Shown here in pieces: positions 9,773-20,734 of a stretch of 64,000 nt of DNA (position 1 is its first letter; each line of letters opens with the position of its first letter). Source of the stretch: Candidatus Latescibacterota bacterium. Its GTDB lineage: Bacteria; Latescibacterota; UBA2968. The stretch lies in contig OZ240241.1 of assembly GCA_965198115.1 (NCBI GenBank), positions 4,992,001 through 5,056,000 of the forward strand, given 5' to 3'. Under the pieces are notes generated by a model. The model was given only the letters and a program-made list of their open reading frames with translations, did not search any database and had not been told where the DNA came from. Both the position numbers and the translations under genes were made by a program.

Positions 9773-10146
9773 CTTCGCCGGGAAAGCTGATCCTGCTCCT
9801 ATACCAGGGCGCGATCAAATCACTCAAGAAGGCTCTCGACCTGATGGACCGGAAAGACTTCGGTGGCAAAGGCGACGCGATCATCAAGGCTCAGGACATT
9901 CTGATGGAGCTGAACATGGCGCTCGACCACGGAGCCGGCGAAATCGCGCATTCGCTCCAGCAGATTTATCTGTATGCCTACAAGAGGCTGGTCGTGGCCA
10001 ATCTCGAGATGGATCGGGATGCGATCACCGAGATCGTCGTCATTCTTGAAAATCTCTACGAGGCGTGGGAAGAGGCCGTTCAAAAGACGGACGGTCTGGT
10101 TCAAGTTCCCGAGCCGCGTGTCGCCACTGTCAGTGTGACGGGTTAA
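9773..10146 (+). pseudogene. fliS: Flagellar export chaperone FliS, 5' end removed by IS256
   Basis: SPGKLILLLYQGAIK...KAQDILMELNMALD...LQQIYLY...LYEAWEE; starts directly at the IS end with no native start codon. Confidence 0.88.
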
Positions 10147-10150
10147 CGCT

Positions 10151-10609
10151 ATGGATACCGGCAAAGAACTCGTCAAACTGCTCGAGACGCAGAGGCGTCA
10201 TTACGACGCGCTAAAAGTCGTGGTCGGCCGTCAGACGGTCCATATCGAGGCCTTGAATGTCGCCGGGCTGGCCACAGATACGGCCGAAGTGCGTGACCTG
10301 ATGCGGAAGGCGCGCGATGTAGAGGCCGCGATTCGCCCCCTCCGGCAGAGCTGGGGGAACATGGGTCTCGATCGTGATCCCGCCGATCGTCGGAAGGTCG
10401 AAGCGGTCGTGGACGCTGTCCGGGCATCTGTGGAGGAGATTCAGGAAACGAAGGACCGAAACGCTGCGATGCTCCAGGAACGGATGGGCGATCTGAGGAA
10501 ACAGATGGCCGGCCTGCAGACGCAGGGCAAGGCGGCACACGCCTACTATGGCCCGCGGAAGAACGGCGGGGCGCCACCGTCAAAATTTATCGATCAGGCA
10601 ACTAAAAAA
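10151..10609 (+). CDS. FlgN/FliT-like flagellar export chaperone; native stop displaced by ISL3
   Basis: Helical ~150-aa protein after fliS ending AYYG...KFIDQA; ORF now reads on into antisense ISL3. Confidence 0.6.
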
Positions 10610-12030
10610 GGCTATATCCGGATCTCTCAACGAGATGAAGTGGGTGAAGGTGCCGTGGTTCCTGGCATGGGGGCGCGGTTAGAGTGTGCGGAACCTCTTC
10701 GGAATCTGCTCAGGGATGTTTATGTCTCCGACGGTAAGGAAGATCATATCGTTGAATGCGTCGAGTATGCGGAATCCGCTGGCTCGGTTCTTGACGATTT
10801 GGACGATTCGGTTGAGGCCTTCGGCGATGGCGTTGGTAAGACGCGTGTTCACGAATGCGAGGACGCCGAAGAAGTGCTGTCGCAGGGTCCTGACGAACTT
10901 TCGCAGGGGTTCAAGTCGACTTCTGAGTGCGGACGTCGTCCAGCATTTCAGGAAGCGTTCGGCAGCCCAGGGCGCTTTGTATTCCCAGAACTGCTCGAAC
11001 TCGTCCTTGAGTCTCCAGGCTCTATAGATTCGGTAGTTCGCCTTCTCCAGTGCTTTGAGTGTCCGAGTATCCCCTCTGGAGCGTGTCGCTGAGTGCCGGT
11101 AGAGGAGCCATCGGAGGCCCTTCATGGCTTTGCGCTCATCCGGGGCAGCTTTACGCCACTGGTCCTTACGGACCTCGTCAACGGCGGCATTGAGAGCCTT
11201 GACGATGTGAAAGCGATCGAGGACCAGCTTGGCATTCGGACAATATTCCTGGATGGCTCCGATGTAAGCTTCGCTCATGTCGCAGCAGGCCCACTCGATC
11301 TTGGATCTCTGGTAGGGACTGAGAGCCTCTGTGAAGAACCGATCGATCGTTTTACGCGCCCTGCCGCGGCCAACCCACACCCACGCAGGAGCGGTCCAGA
11401 TCGTAAACGAGCGTGGCGTACCTGTGACGCTTGGCGTAGGAGATCTCGTCGATCCCGATGGTTTTGAGCCCTCGGATACGATGACCTTCACGAAGCCGCG
11501 TGATGGATCGGTGAAGGAGATCCGACAGCGTCGAGGCAGAGATGCGCAGCAACTCGGACGCCGCCTTCTGCGTCATGGTCTGGCAGTAGCGCAGCATGGC
11601 ATACTCGAAGCGATACGTCACCCGAGAGAACCGCTCCGCCCACGGAATCTCCTCGACCACACGACCGTGGGTAGGACACCGAATCTCCCGAGGATGGTAG
11701 AGAAGCCAGACCCTCCACCCGCACACCGGAATGTCACGCCACCGACGCAGATGGGGCATTGTGCGGACGATTTTACCTCGACGGCCGCACTCCGGACAAC
11801 AACAACCATTCTTATGTGGCTTTACGGCGATGACGAAGCAGCTTCTCCCCTCAAACCACCAGCTGACAACACGGAACCCCTTGAATCTCAGCAGTTTCGA
11901 TAGTAATCTGCTCCCGGTCATAGGTCGCACCCCCTTCGCTTTGATTGTCCTACACACACAACCAAGCGTAGGGAACGATCTATGACCTTGTCATTCTATA
12001 GTTTCACCGTTGAGAAACCCGGATAGAGCC
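10610..12030 (-). mobile_element. ISL3-family element copy A (transposase frameshifted near 11380)
   Basis: Ends GGCTATATCCGG / CCGGATAGAGCC; 8-bp target duplication CTAAAAAA; CPECG zinc finger, IGIDE, CDM, DRFH motifs. Confidence 0.95.
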
Positions 12031-12041
12031 CTAAAAAAGCC

Positions 12042-12068
12042 TCAAGAAACCGTTGAACAGGCCGATAT
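12042..12068 (+). promoter_or_regulatory. Sigma28 (FliA) promoter of flgM
   Basis: TCAAG-N14-GCCGATAT, 18 bp before the ATG. Confidence 0.8.
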
Positions 12069-12086
12069 AAGGGATAGAGGCCCACT

Positions 12087-12557
12087 ATGAGAATCGAAAA
12101 CGCTATCCACGAATTACGCGGTCCCGACCTTCAGGAACGCCGAAGTGAGGAAGTAAAACGGCGTCGCCAGGCTCCCAAAGCCGGTGACGTGGTTGAACTG
12201 TCCAAGACGGCGCAATCCCTGGGGTCGCAGTCCGTATCGGCCAGCGACCTGAATTCGGTCAACGACGTCCGACAGGCTCGTATAGACGCCGTCAAACAGC
12301 GCGTGGCCGAAGGTTTTTACGACCGACCCGAAGTCCGCCGCGCGATCGCTGATGCGGTTTTGGACTCCGGCGTCGTCGAAGGGGTCAGGCAGGAAGCCCG
12401 ACAGGTGGGGCAAGCCCGTTCAGAAATCGAGAACGTGCCCGAGGTGCGGCTGGAGCGCATCGAGGAGGCCTGCCGACGTGTTGCCTCCAACTTCTACGAT
12501 TCGGCGAACGCTTGAGTCGAGACGGCGAACCGAATCCTGGAAAACATCGTCGGCTGA
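12087..12557 (+). pseudogene. flgM: FlgM anti-sigma28 with two tandem FlgM C-terminal motifs; premature TGA at 12513-12515
   Basis: DVVELSKTAQ; DVRQARIDAVKQRVAEGFY and EVRLERIEEACRRVASNFY; frame continues VETANRILENIVG to TGA 12557. Confidence 0.78.
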
Positions 12558-12584
12558 CCTGGACCGACGGAGAAATGTGAGAAC

Positions 12585-12614
12585 GGCGAGGACGAAAGTC
12601 CTCGCCATTTTTTT
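12585..12614 (+). terminator. Intrinsic terminator after flgM (ISL3 inserted in its T tract)
   Basis: GGCGAGGAC-GAAA-GTCCTCGCC followed by ATTTTTTT. Confidence 0.85.
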
Positions 12615-14033
12615 GGCTCTATCCGGGTTTCTCAACGGTGAAACTATAGAATGACAAGGTCATAGATCGTTCCCTACGCTTGGTTGTGTGTGTAGGACAA
12701 TCAAAGCGAAGGGGGTGCGACCTATGACCGGAGCAGATTACTATCGAAACTGCTGAGATTCAAGGGGTTCCGTGTTGTCAGCTGGTGGTTTGAGGGGAGA
12801 AGCTGCTTCGTCATCGCCGTAAAGCCACATAAGAATGGTTGTTGTTGTCCGGAGTGCGGCCGTCGAGGTAAAATCGTCCGCACAATGCCCCATCCGCGTC
12901 GGTGGCGTGACATTCCGGTGTGCGGGTGGAGGGTCTGGCTTCTCTACCATCCTCGGGAGATTCGGTGTCCTACCCACGGTCGTGTGGTCGAGGAGATTCC
13001 GTGGGCGGAGCGGTTCTCTCGGGTGACGTATCGCTTCGAGTATGCCATGCTGCGCTACTGCCAGACCATGACGCAGAAGGCGGCGTCCGAGTTACTGCGC
13101 ATCTCTGCCTCGACGCTGTCGGATCTCCTTCACCGATCCATCACGCGGCTTCGTGAAGGTCATCGTATCCGAGGGCTCAAAACCATCGGGATCGACGAGA
13201 TCTCCTACGCCAAGCGTCACAGGTACGCCACGCTCGTTTACGATCTGGACCGCTCCTGCGTGGTGTGGGTTGGCCGCGGCAGGGCGCGTAAAACGATCGA
13301 TCGGTTCTTCACAGAGGCTCTCAGTCCCTACCGGAGATCCAAGATCGAGTGGGCCTGCTGCGACATGAGCGAAGCTTACATCGGAGCCATCCAGGAATAT
13401 TGTCCGAATGCCAAGCTGGTCCTCGATCGCTTTCACATCGTCAAGGCTCTCAATGCCGCCGTTGACGAGGTCCGTAAGGACCAGTGGCGTAAAGCTGCCC
13501 CGGATGAGCGCAAAGCCATGAAGGGCCTCCGATGGCTCCTCTACCGGCACTCAGCGACACGCTCCAGAGGGGATACTCGGACACTCAAAGCACTGGAGAA
13601 GGCGAACTACCGAATCTATAGAGCCTGGAGACTCAAGGACGAGTTCGAGCAGTTCTGGGAATACAAAGCGCCCTGGGCTGCCGAACGCTTCCTGAAATGC
13701 TGGACGACGTCCGCACTCAGAAGTCGACTTGAACCCCTGCGAAAGTTCGTCAGGACCCTGCGACAGCACTTCTTCGGCGTCCTCGCATTCGTGAACACGC
13801 GTCTTACCAACGCCATCGCCGAAGGCCTCAACCGAATCGTCCAAATCGTCAAGAACCGAGCCAGCGGATTCCGCACACTCGACGCATTCAACGATATGAT
13901 CTTCCTTACCGTCGGAGACATAAACATCCCTGAGCAGATTCCGAAGAGGTTCCGCACACTCTAACCGCGCCCCCATGCCAGGAACCACGGCACCTTCACC
14001 CACTTCATCTCGTTGAGAGATCCGGATATAGCC
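12615..14033 (+). mobile_element. ISL3-family element copy B (one G missing just after the transposase ATG)
   Basis: Target duplication ATTTTTTT; near-identical to the other copies; ATGACCGGAGC versus ATGACCGGGAGC. Confidence 0.95.
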
Positions 14034-14103
14034 ATTTTTTTTTATCCCGTGACCGCAGGGGGCTGGCAGTCGTATCATTTGGGACCGACCGTCGGTTTAA
14101 GAG

Positions 14104-15231
14104 GTGAACACGGCCGCGATTTCCGAGAGACTGTCGTCTGAACAAGGAAACGATTTACACGTGGGCTCAAGTCTGCGTCATTTTTCTGGTCCTCTACGTT
14201 TTCCTGGCCAGCATAGGGATCATGGGTGCCGCCTTCAAGCTCTATGGGAAGGCCTTCGCCACTCAGCTCGTCGACGCGACCAGCCACCCCGTGCTGGGTC
14301 TATTCGTGGGTATCCTGGCGACGACGCTGGTTCAAAGCTCATCCACGACCACCTCGCTGGTCGTGGGGATCGTAGCCGGAGGAGGATTGGACCTGGTGAC
14401 GGCGATCCCGATTGTTATGGGGGCGAACATCGGGACCAGTGTGACGAATACGCTCGTTTCTATGGGGCATATCACACGCCCCACAGAATTCAGAAGGGCG
14501 ATCGCGGGAGCAACCGTACACGACTTTTTCAACCTCATGGCGGTCGCCGTTCTGCTGCCTGTCGAGCTGGCTTCCGGTATTTTACAGAGATTGGCCACTT
14601 CGGGAGCGGCACTGTTCCAGGATGTTGGAGGCATGAAGCTGGCCAACCCGTTGAAGGCCGCCGTGTCGCCGCTCGTCAAGGCTACAAGCAATGCGACGGG
14701 CAACGAACCGACGCTCCTGTTGCTCGTGTCGCTGATCATGATGTTTCTCGCTTTGCGCCAGTTGGTCAAATCGGCCAGGGGGGTCGTCGTGAGTCGGGCG
14801 GAACCATACCTGGACAGCTATCTGTTCGGGGCGGTATGGAAGTCGATGGTGTTTGGCGTCATCATGACCGTGCTGGTCCAAAGCAGTTCGATTTCGACCT
14901 CGGTTGTCATCCCGCTGGTGGGGGCCGGCCTGCTCACGGTCGCGCAGATCTTTCCGTATACGCTGGGTGCAAACATCGGAACGACCGTAACAGCATTGCT
15001 CGCGGCCATGTCGACCGCGAATATCGTGGCGGTTACGATCGCCCTGGTCCATTTCCTGTTCAACATCGCCGGCATCACCCTGATCTATCCGTTCGAACCC
15101 GTTCGACGTATCCCGCTGAAGCTGGCCGATTGGTTGGCCGACCTCGCCAGTCGCAGGCGGTGGGTCGCCATGACCTACATCGTCGTCCTCTTCTACGCCG
15201 TCCTGCACTTGTCATCACGTTGTGGAGGTAA
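14104..15231 (+). pseudogene. Na/Pi cotransporter family protein with apparent frameshifts near 14150 and 15205
   Basis: Two QSSS motifs and two GANIGT motifs; the indels may be sequencing errors. Confidence 0.85.
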
Positions 15232-15234
15232 GGG

Positions 15235-15894
15235 ATGTGGTCCTTTTTCGCGAGTGACCCCAAGAAAAGTCATCTGATTAACCGTGCGTTCGACGAAATG
15301 TCCGAGATGCTCGTGCAGGATCTCAGCCTCGTGTCTGCGGCTAGCGACTGCCTGGCAGGAAAGGCTCCGCCGCCTCCCGACGTGACGTCGATCGAAGACC
15401 GTGTCAATTCGAGCGAGCGGCTTATCAGAAGGCTGATCCTGGAACATCTCACGCTGAATCCAGAGCAGGACCTGTCGGCCAGTCTTGCTCTCTTGTCCGT
15501 GGTTCACGACGTAGAGCGGATCGGAGATTATGCGAAGAGTATCATGGAACTCGCTGCCATTGCCCCAGGGCTGAAGCTGGATTCGGACCCGGGTCGGGTC
15601 ATTGGCGAGTTGATACAGGAAGTGCCCGACATCCTACGATCGACCGCCGAGGCGTTCAGCCGTTCGGACACAGACCAAGCCTGTCAGGTCATGGCCCGTC
15701 ATAGAGAGATCAAGGGACGTACCGATGCGCTGCTCGAACAGGTCGTCTCAGACCGCGATACGAACGGTGAAGCGGTGGCGTTGGCCGTGGCATCTCGTTA
15801 CCTGAGGCGCATCAGCGCACACGCATCGAACGTGGCTTCGTCGATCGTTAATCCACTGGATCTGGTTTCGAGGAACGATACGCTGGCAGAATAG
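15235..15894 (+). CDS. PhoU-domain protein
   Basis: DVERIGDYAKSI and YLRRISAHASNVA PhoU repeats; follows the Na/Pi transporter. Confidence 0.85.
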   Translation: MWSFFASDPKKSHLINRAFDEMSEMLVQDLSLVSAASDCLAGKAPPPPDVTSIEDRVNSSERLIRRLILEHLTLNPEQDLSASLALLSVVHDVERIGDYAKSIMELAAIAPGLKLDSDPGRVIGELIQEVPDILRSTAEAFSRSDTDQACQVMARHREIKGRTDALLEQVVSDRDTNGEAVALAVASRYLRRISAHASNVASSIVNPLDLVSRNDTLAE

Positions 15895-15943
15895 CGGTAG
15901 AGGCGAACCGAGTGCAGATCGTGTTTCAGGCGGGGTTGACGCG

Positions 15944-16579
15944 TTACATAGTCGTGGGGGCTGAGAAAGAGAAGCGTAGACCAAAGTGGACCTGGGTGCT
16001 GACCGCACCACGGTTGAACACGAACACGGGTGCGAGTCCGAGCTCGACGGATGTCATCCCCGACACGGGAAAAAGGACGGCGACTCTTGGAGACAGTGCG
16101 AGAGCTGCGTCGGTCGTTCTGGTAGATGAACCGCTGGCTGTCGGGTTCTCGATGCGATCGATCGTGCCACCGATCCATCCGCCCTGGGGTGCATACGCTT
16201 TGGCGACCGTCGCGACTCGGGAGAATCCACCTCTGAGGGATAGCGCAGCCGTCGGTCGCCCCTGTCCCGGCTGGCTGGTGGTGAAATGCAGCCCCGTAAG
16301 GGCGGTCATTTGGCTGCTCTTCCTCTGAGCTTGGGTGGCGAGCGTCGCGTCCTCGAGCTGAATGGGGACGTAGATGAACTCGGCTTCGAATCCCCAGTTT
16401 CCAGTTGCCGCGATGGAGCCGTTGAGTTCGATCGATAGGCTCAGATCGGCCACGTCGGCATCGTCGCCAGTAGGCAGAAACAGACCACCTCCGATCGAGC
16501 CCGTCATGACGATCGGCTGGTCACCACCCCAGGCTTGACCTGCGATCAGTAGAAGGATGACGACGAATCGACTGTGCAT
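15944..16579 (-). CDS. Putative outer-membrane beta-barrel protein
   Basis: Signal peptide (IAGQAWG), amphipathic strands, near-terminal FGLRFSF. Confidence 0.6.
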   Translation of the reverse strand: MHSRFVVILLLIAGQAWGGDQPIVMTGSIGGGLFLPTGDDADVADLSLSIELNGSIAATGNWGFEAEFIYVPIQLEDATLATQAQRKSSQMTALTGLHFTTSQPGQGRPTAALSLRGGFSRVATVAKAYAPQGGWIGGTIDRIENPTASGSSTRTTDAALALSPRVAVLFPVSGMTSVELGLAPVFVFNRGAVSTQVHFGLRFSFSAPTTM

Positions 16580-16611
16580 TGGGATTGCCTGCGTTTGCGA
16601 AAGGATAACCA

Positions 16612-17751
16612 ATGGCTGTCATCGTGGATGGAAAGCGCCGGATTCCGTTCCTGCGGGGCATGCTCACCCACTACCTGCTGGAGCAGGGCCTCAGCTTCCA
16701 GGATGCCTATTCGGTTGCTGACAAGATCCGCAGCGACATTCAGAAGCGCAAGACGATTCCAGCCGAGAAGATGGTGGAGCTCGTCCACACACACGTTGGC
16801 GAAACGGACGGTGACCGGTCGATTGGCGACTGTTTGTTCTGGCGGCCGCGAACGCAAAACGTGGTTGTCGAAGACGCGGACGGTTTTCGCCCTTTTTCCA
16901 GAGAACGTCTTGCACAGTCGATCGCCATCACGGGGGTGGCTGAAGAAGAAGCCTACACGCTTGCCGAAGGACTTCTAGGAAGGTTTCGGGCGGAAGAACG
17001 CGATGCAGTGAGCCGGTCCAATATCCAAAAGGCCGTCGCGGCATCCCTCAAATCAGAATACGGAGCAGACTACGCCGATCGCTATCGTGTCTGGCATCGT
17101 TTTCGTCGCCGTGGGGCGCAACCGCTCGTCATTCTTGTTGGGGGGACGAGTGGAGTCGGAAAGACATCGATCGGTGTGGCTGTCGCGAACCGCCTCAAGA
17201 TCTCTCGTGTGGCCTCGACGGATGACATCCGGCAAGTGATGCGGCTGATGATCGCCCCCAACTTGATGCCGGGGCTTCACGTTTCGAGCTACCAAGCTTG
17301 GGAATCCGCTACGGCCGTCCAAGAGGAGTCCGACCCTGTGGTCGCGGGCTTCAGGGAGCAGGCGTTGAGAGTCTGCGTCGGCGTGAGGGGCGCGATCGAA
17401 AGGGCCATTCAGGAGAACGTGAGTCTGGTCATCGATGGCGTACACCTGATTCCAGATCTGCTTCAACTCGAACAGTTCGAGAAGAAGGCGATTTTCATTC
17501 ACGCGAACCTGTTTCTGTCCGACGAAGCTCTGTTTCGTGAGCGATATACGGCGAGGGGTGAAGAGGCCGAAGGCCGGCCGAGCCATCGATACCTGAAGCA
17601 TCTGGAGCAGATTATGGCGATCCAATCCCATATTCTCCAGCAATCGGAAGCGATCGGCATTCCATCCTACGAAAACAACGACTTCGACGAAACGGTGCAG
17701 AGCGTCTGTCTCCAGATCATGGACCATCTGCGAAAACACTGGGGTAAATAG
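16612..17751 (+). CDS. 2-phosphoglycerate kinase-like P-loop kinase with ATP-cone-like N-terminal domains
   Basis: PFLRGML and PFSRERL repeats; GGTSGVGKT; STDDIRQVMR; IDGVHLIP. Confidence 0.8.
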   Translation: MAVIVDGKRRIPFLRGMLTHYLLEQGLSFQDAYSVADKIRSDIQKRKTIPAEKMVELVHTHVGETDGDRSIGDCLFWRPRTQNVVVEDADGFRPFSRERLAQSIAITGVAEEEAYTLAEGLLGRFRAEERDAVSRSNIQKAVAASLKSEYGADYADRYRVWHRFRRRGAQPLVILVGGTSGVGKTSIGVAVANRLKISRVASTDDIRQVMRLMIAPNLMPGLHVSSYQAWESATAVQEESDPVVAGFREQALRVCVGVRGAIERAIQENVSLVIDGVHLIPDLLQLEQFEKKAIFIHANLFLSDEALFRERYTARGEEAEGRPSHRYLKHLEQIMAIQSHILQQSEAIGIPSYENNDFDETVQSVCLQIMDHLRKHWGK

Positions 17752-17753
17752 AC

Positions 17754-18578
17754 GTGATCGATACGCACGTCCACCTGGGGCAACTTCGCTACGAGGATCC
17801 CGGCATGACGCCGGCGAAGATGCTGCGATGGATGGATAGACACGGTATCGAGAAGGCTGTCGTGATGGCGGTCGAGGTGCCGGAAGAGCTGGACTACCTG
17901 GTCACCACGCGCGATCTCTTGAAGATGACGCGCCGTCACCGCGACAGGCTACTTCCTCTCTGTGCGGCCGATCCAAGACACCGATATCCTGGAAGGTTCG
18001 ACCCCTACCCGATTTTGAAGGCTTACGTGGATGACGGTTGTGTGGGTTATGGCGAGAACCTGTGCGGCCTGCCCGTGGACGATCCGATGCAGCAACGCGT
18101 TTACGAGGCGTGTGACCGACTGAAACTGCCGATCGTGATGCACATCGACTGGTGGATCAACCGCGACAAGCCAGGACTGCCGGGATTCGAGAAAATGATC
18201 GCCACCTACAGACACGTGAAATGGGTGGGTCACGCTCAGTACTTCTGGCGTGAGGTCAGTGCCAAGGTTCCGAGGAAAGTCAGTTATCCGACAGGCCCTG
18301 TCGTGCCCGGGGGAAGGCTCGACGCGCTGTTCAAAAAATACAAGAACCTCTACGCCGATCTTTCCGCGGGGTCCGGTTACAACGCGATTACCCGTGATCC
18401 GGAGTTCGGAATCGCCTTCCTCAAGCGATGGAAACACCGATTGATGTTCGCGACGGACAAACTTCGGTCCAAGCAGGACGTGGGTATCATCGACTACATC
18501 AGACGTGTGGATATCGGGGAAGATGCGAGAAAACGGATTACGCGGATGAATGCGGAAAAAGTGTTTGGATTGAAGTAA
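17754..18578 (+). CDS. Amidohydrolase family 2 protein
   Basis: IDTHVH, GYGE, VGHA, YADLSAGSG, MFATD. Confidence 0.88.
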   Translation: MIDTHVHLGQLRYEDPGMTPAKMLRWMDRHGIEKAVVMAVEVPEELDYLVTTRDLLKMTRRHRDRLLPLCAADPRHRYPGRFDPYPILKAYVDDGCVGYGENLCGLPVDDPMQQRVYEACDRLKLPIVMHIDWWINRDKPGLPGFEKMIATYRHVKWVGHAQYFWREVSAKVPRKVSYPTGPVVPGGRLDALFKKYKNLYADLSAGSGYNAITRDPEFGIAFLKRWKHRLMFATDKLRSKQDVGIIDYIRRVDIGEDARKRITRMNAEKVFGLK

Positions 18579-18668
18579 GAAGTAAGAAGTAAGAAGATAG
18601 AGGGGGTGATGGCCAGACGGTTGTCACCCCTTTTGTCACGATGGGCAGACGCGGGACGATTTTGCGGG

Positions 18669-18696
18669 GTAGGGACGGTTCGCGAACCGTCCCTAC
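18669..18696. repeat. GTAG-type REP-like perfect palindrome
   Basis: GTAGGGACGGTTCG/CGAACCGTCCCTAC between convergent genes. Confidence 0.75.
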
Positions 18697-19610
18697 AGGA
18701 TACCCTTTGACTTGAGTAGCTTACGAACGCGTGCACGATCCTTGCGGTCCAGCCGTTGGCCCGTTGCCCTTATGGGGCCCCCGGCAAGCCCCATCATTTC
18801 AAGACCGGCCTTGAGCATGGCGTTGCCGAGTTCCTGGCGCATCGTCGTCAGCACTTCGAATTCGTCCCGAAGGGCCATGGCCTGTTTCCATCGCCCGTTG
18901 AGGGCGGCGTTGTGGAGCCGGATGGAGAGTGGGAGCGTGAGGTTGGCCATCCCGGTGGTGAAACCGACCGCGCCGGCCAGGTAGTAATACGGCACCATGT
19001 TTTCGCCACCGCCGGTGATGAAGGGGATGGCGTTGTTCGTGACGTGGCACCCCGTGCGGACCCAGTCGACGGCACCGCTTTCCTCTTTGATGGCGACGAC
19101 CTGCGGCATTTTGGCGAACCGTTTGACCAGGTCGATCGAGAGTGTCTGCTTGGGTGCTCGAAACGGGAGGAATCCGAGGTCGACGGCTCGAGCGATTCGT
19201 CGGTGGCGATCCCAGATGGCGGCGTCACCCCGTTTGACGATCGGTTCGTGCGGCATGATGAGGAGGGCATCGGCGCCCGCGTCCTCGACAGCTCGGGCGA
19301 TTCGCACGGCCATCGGATTCGGACCTCGTACCCCACAGACCACCTTGCAACGTTCCTCAGCACCCGCAACCGCCGCAGCCGCGACATCGACGATCTCGCC
19401 GGGTGCCAGGCTGTCGATTTCGCCCGACCCTCCGCAAAGGACCATCGTTTTTTCTCCGCGCACGGCCGAGAAAGAGGCGACGTTGCCCTCGACGCCCGCC
19501 AGGTCCACGTGGTGGCGGCCACGTCCGTTCGTCGTCGTTTTGAAAGGGGTCATGACGAAGACGTAGACCCCCTTGGCGTCGAACCTTGCTCGCAAGCGCA
19601 TATTCACCAT
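18693..19610 (-). CDS. Dihydrodipicolinate synthase family (class I aldolase/dehydratase)
   Basis: MTPF, GGSGE, GADALL, VAIKEESG with Schiff-base Lys. Confidence 0.88.
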   Translation of the reverse strand: MVNMRLRARFDAKGVYVFVMTPFKTTTNGRGRHHVDLAGVEGNVASFSAVRGEKTMVLCGGSGEIDSLAPGEIVDVAAAAVAGAEERCKVVCGVRGPNPMAVRIARAVEDAGADALLIMPHEPIVKRGDAAIWDRHRRIARAVDLGFLPFRAPKQTLSIDLVKRFAKMPQVVAIKEESGAVDWVRTGCHVTNNAIPFITGGGENMVPYYYLAGAVGFTTGMANLTLPLSIRLHNAALNGRWKQAMALRDEFEVLTTMRQELGNAMLKAGLEMMGLAGGPIRATGQRLDRKDRARVRKLLKSKGIL

Positions 19611-19640
19611 CCAATCGAACGTGACGTCGATGTCATCGCT

Positions 19641-20405
19641 CTACCGATAGGCGTCGAATGCCGCGGCCAGGTTGCGCATCCCGGCGGCGACCAGACCCCC
19701 GTCGGAGCCGAGCGCAATGAACGTGAAGCCAGCTTCGACGGTCGAGGCGACCTGCGCGTCGTTCAGGAGGAGGATGCCCGCGGCTTTGCCCGCGTTCTGC
19801 GCGGCCTTGACCACGCGGTCGCGTGCTTCGAGGAACTTGGGATTGTCGAACTGCTCGGGAATGCCCAGGTTCACGCTGAGGTCGAGGGGGCCGATGAAGA
19901 GCACGTCGACGCCGTCGATGGCGGCGATGTCGTCGATGTTGGCGAGGGCATCGGTGGTTTCGATCTGGACGACCGTCGTAAGCAGTTCGTGGGAGCGTCC
20001 GAAGTACTCGTCGAAGTCCTGACCGAACCCGCTGGCACGGTTCAGCTTGGCGACGCCCCGGATACCGCGGGGTGGATATCGCATAGAAGCCACGGCCTGT
20101 TCGGCCTCTTCGACCGTGCTAACGTAGGGGACCATAATGCCCGACGCACCGAGGTCGAGCACCCGCTTGAATCGGGGCGGGTCATTGTTGGCGATGCGAA
20201 CGACCGGCGCCGCGGGCGTGCCGCCGATCGCCTGGAGCTGGGGGCCGAGGGCCTCCTGGTCGCCCGAGCCGTGCTCGATGTCGACGAGCAGCCAATCGAA
20301 ACCGGCGACTCCGGCCATCTCCGCGGTCAAACTGGAACCCAGATTGATGAACGTCCCCGTCAGGAGCTCGCGGTTGAGGGCGCGCTCACGGATCGATTGA
20401 ATCAT
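19641..20405 (-). CDS. HpcH/HpaI aldolase family protein
   Basis: GFDWLLVDIEHG, LDLGASGIMVP, VQIET, FIGPLDLS. Confidence 0.92.
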   Translation of the reverse strand: MIQSIRERALNRELLTGTFINLGSSLTAEMAGVAGFDWLLVDIEHGSGDQEALGPQLQAIGGTPAAPVVRIANNDPPRFKRVLDLGASGIMVPYVSTVEEAEQAVASMRYPPRGIRGVAKLNRASGFGQDFDEYFGRSHELLTTVVQIETTDALANIDDIAAIDGVDVLFIGPLDLSVNLGIPEQFDNPKFLEARDRVVKAAQNAGKAAGILLLNDAQVASTVEAGFTFIALGSDGGLVAAGMRNLAAAFDAYR

Positions 20406-20476
20406 AGCGTGTTCCTCTTGGTCACTTGTGTGTAACGGGGCTTGCCGGTGTGGCGGCGGAGACTCGATCGATGGAC

Positions 20477-20734
20477 TTAGGGGTGGTCGAGTTCGTCGTC
20501 GCAGGCGGGTCGATCGGGATCGTCCGTGACGACGCCGGCTTCGAGGAACTCGAGCGCCTTTGTGTAGCTGCGACGCTCCAGGAAGTGGGCCAACTGTGGA
20601 GGCGCCGTGGCCTGGATCTCGCCCTGGAGGCGGGTGATCTCGACGAGTTCCTGGGCGATGGGCTCCTTTCGTCCGATCTTATCGAACATCGATCGCAGGC
20701 TTGAGACGAGGGACTGGAGCTGATCTTCGGTCAT
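20477..20734 (-). CDS. Hypothetical protein
   Basis: GGAGG RBS; PPQLAHFLERRSYTKALEFL. Confidence 0.6.
   Translation of the reverse strand: MTEDQLQSLVSSLRSMFDKIGRKEPIAQELVEITRLQGEIQATAPPQLAHFLERRSYTKALEFLEAGVVTDDPDRPACDDELDHP

Noticed and set aside
10151-11092. 313-aa ORF, and likewise the 760-aa ORF at 50889-53171
   Set aside because: Their near-identical C-termini (KKGYIRISQRDE...) are antisense ISL3 read-through.
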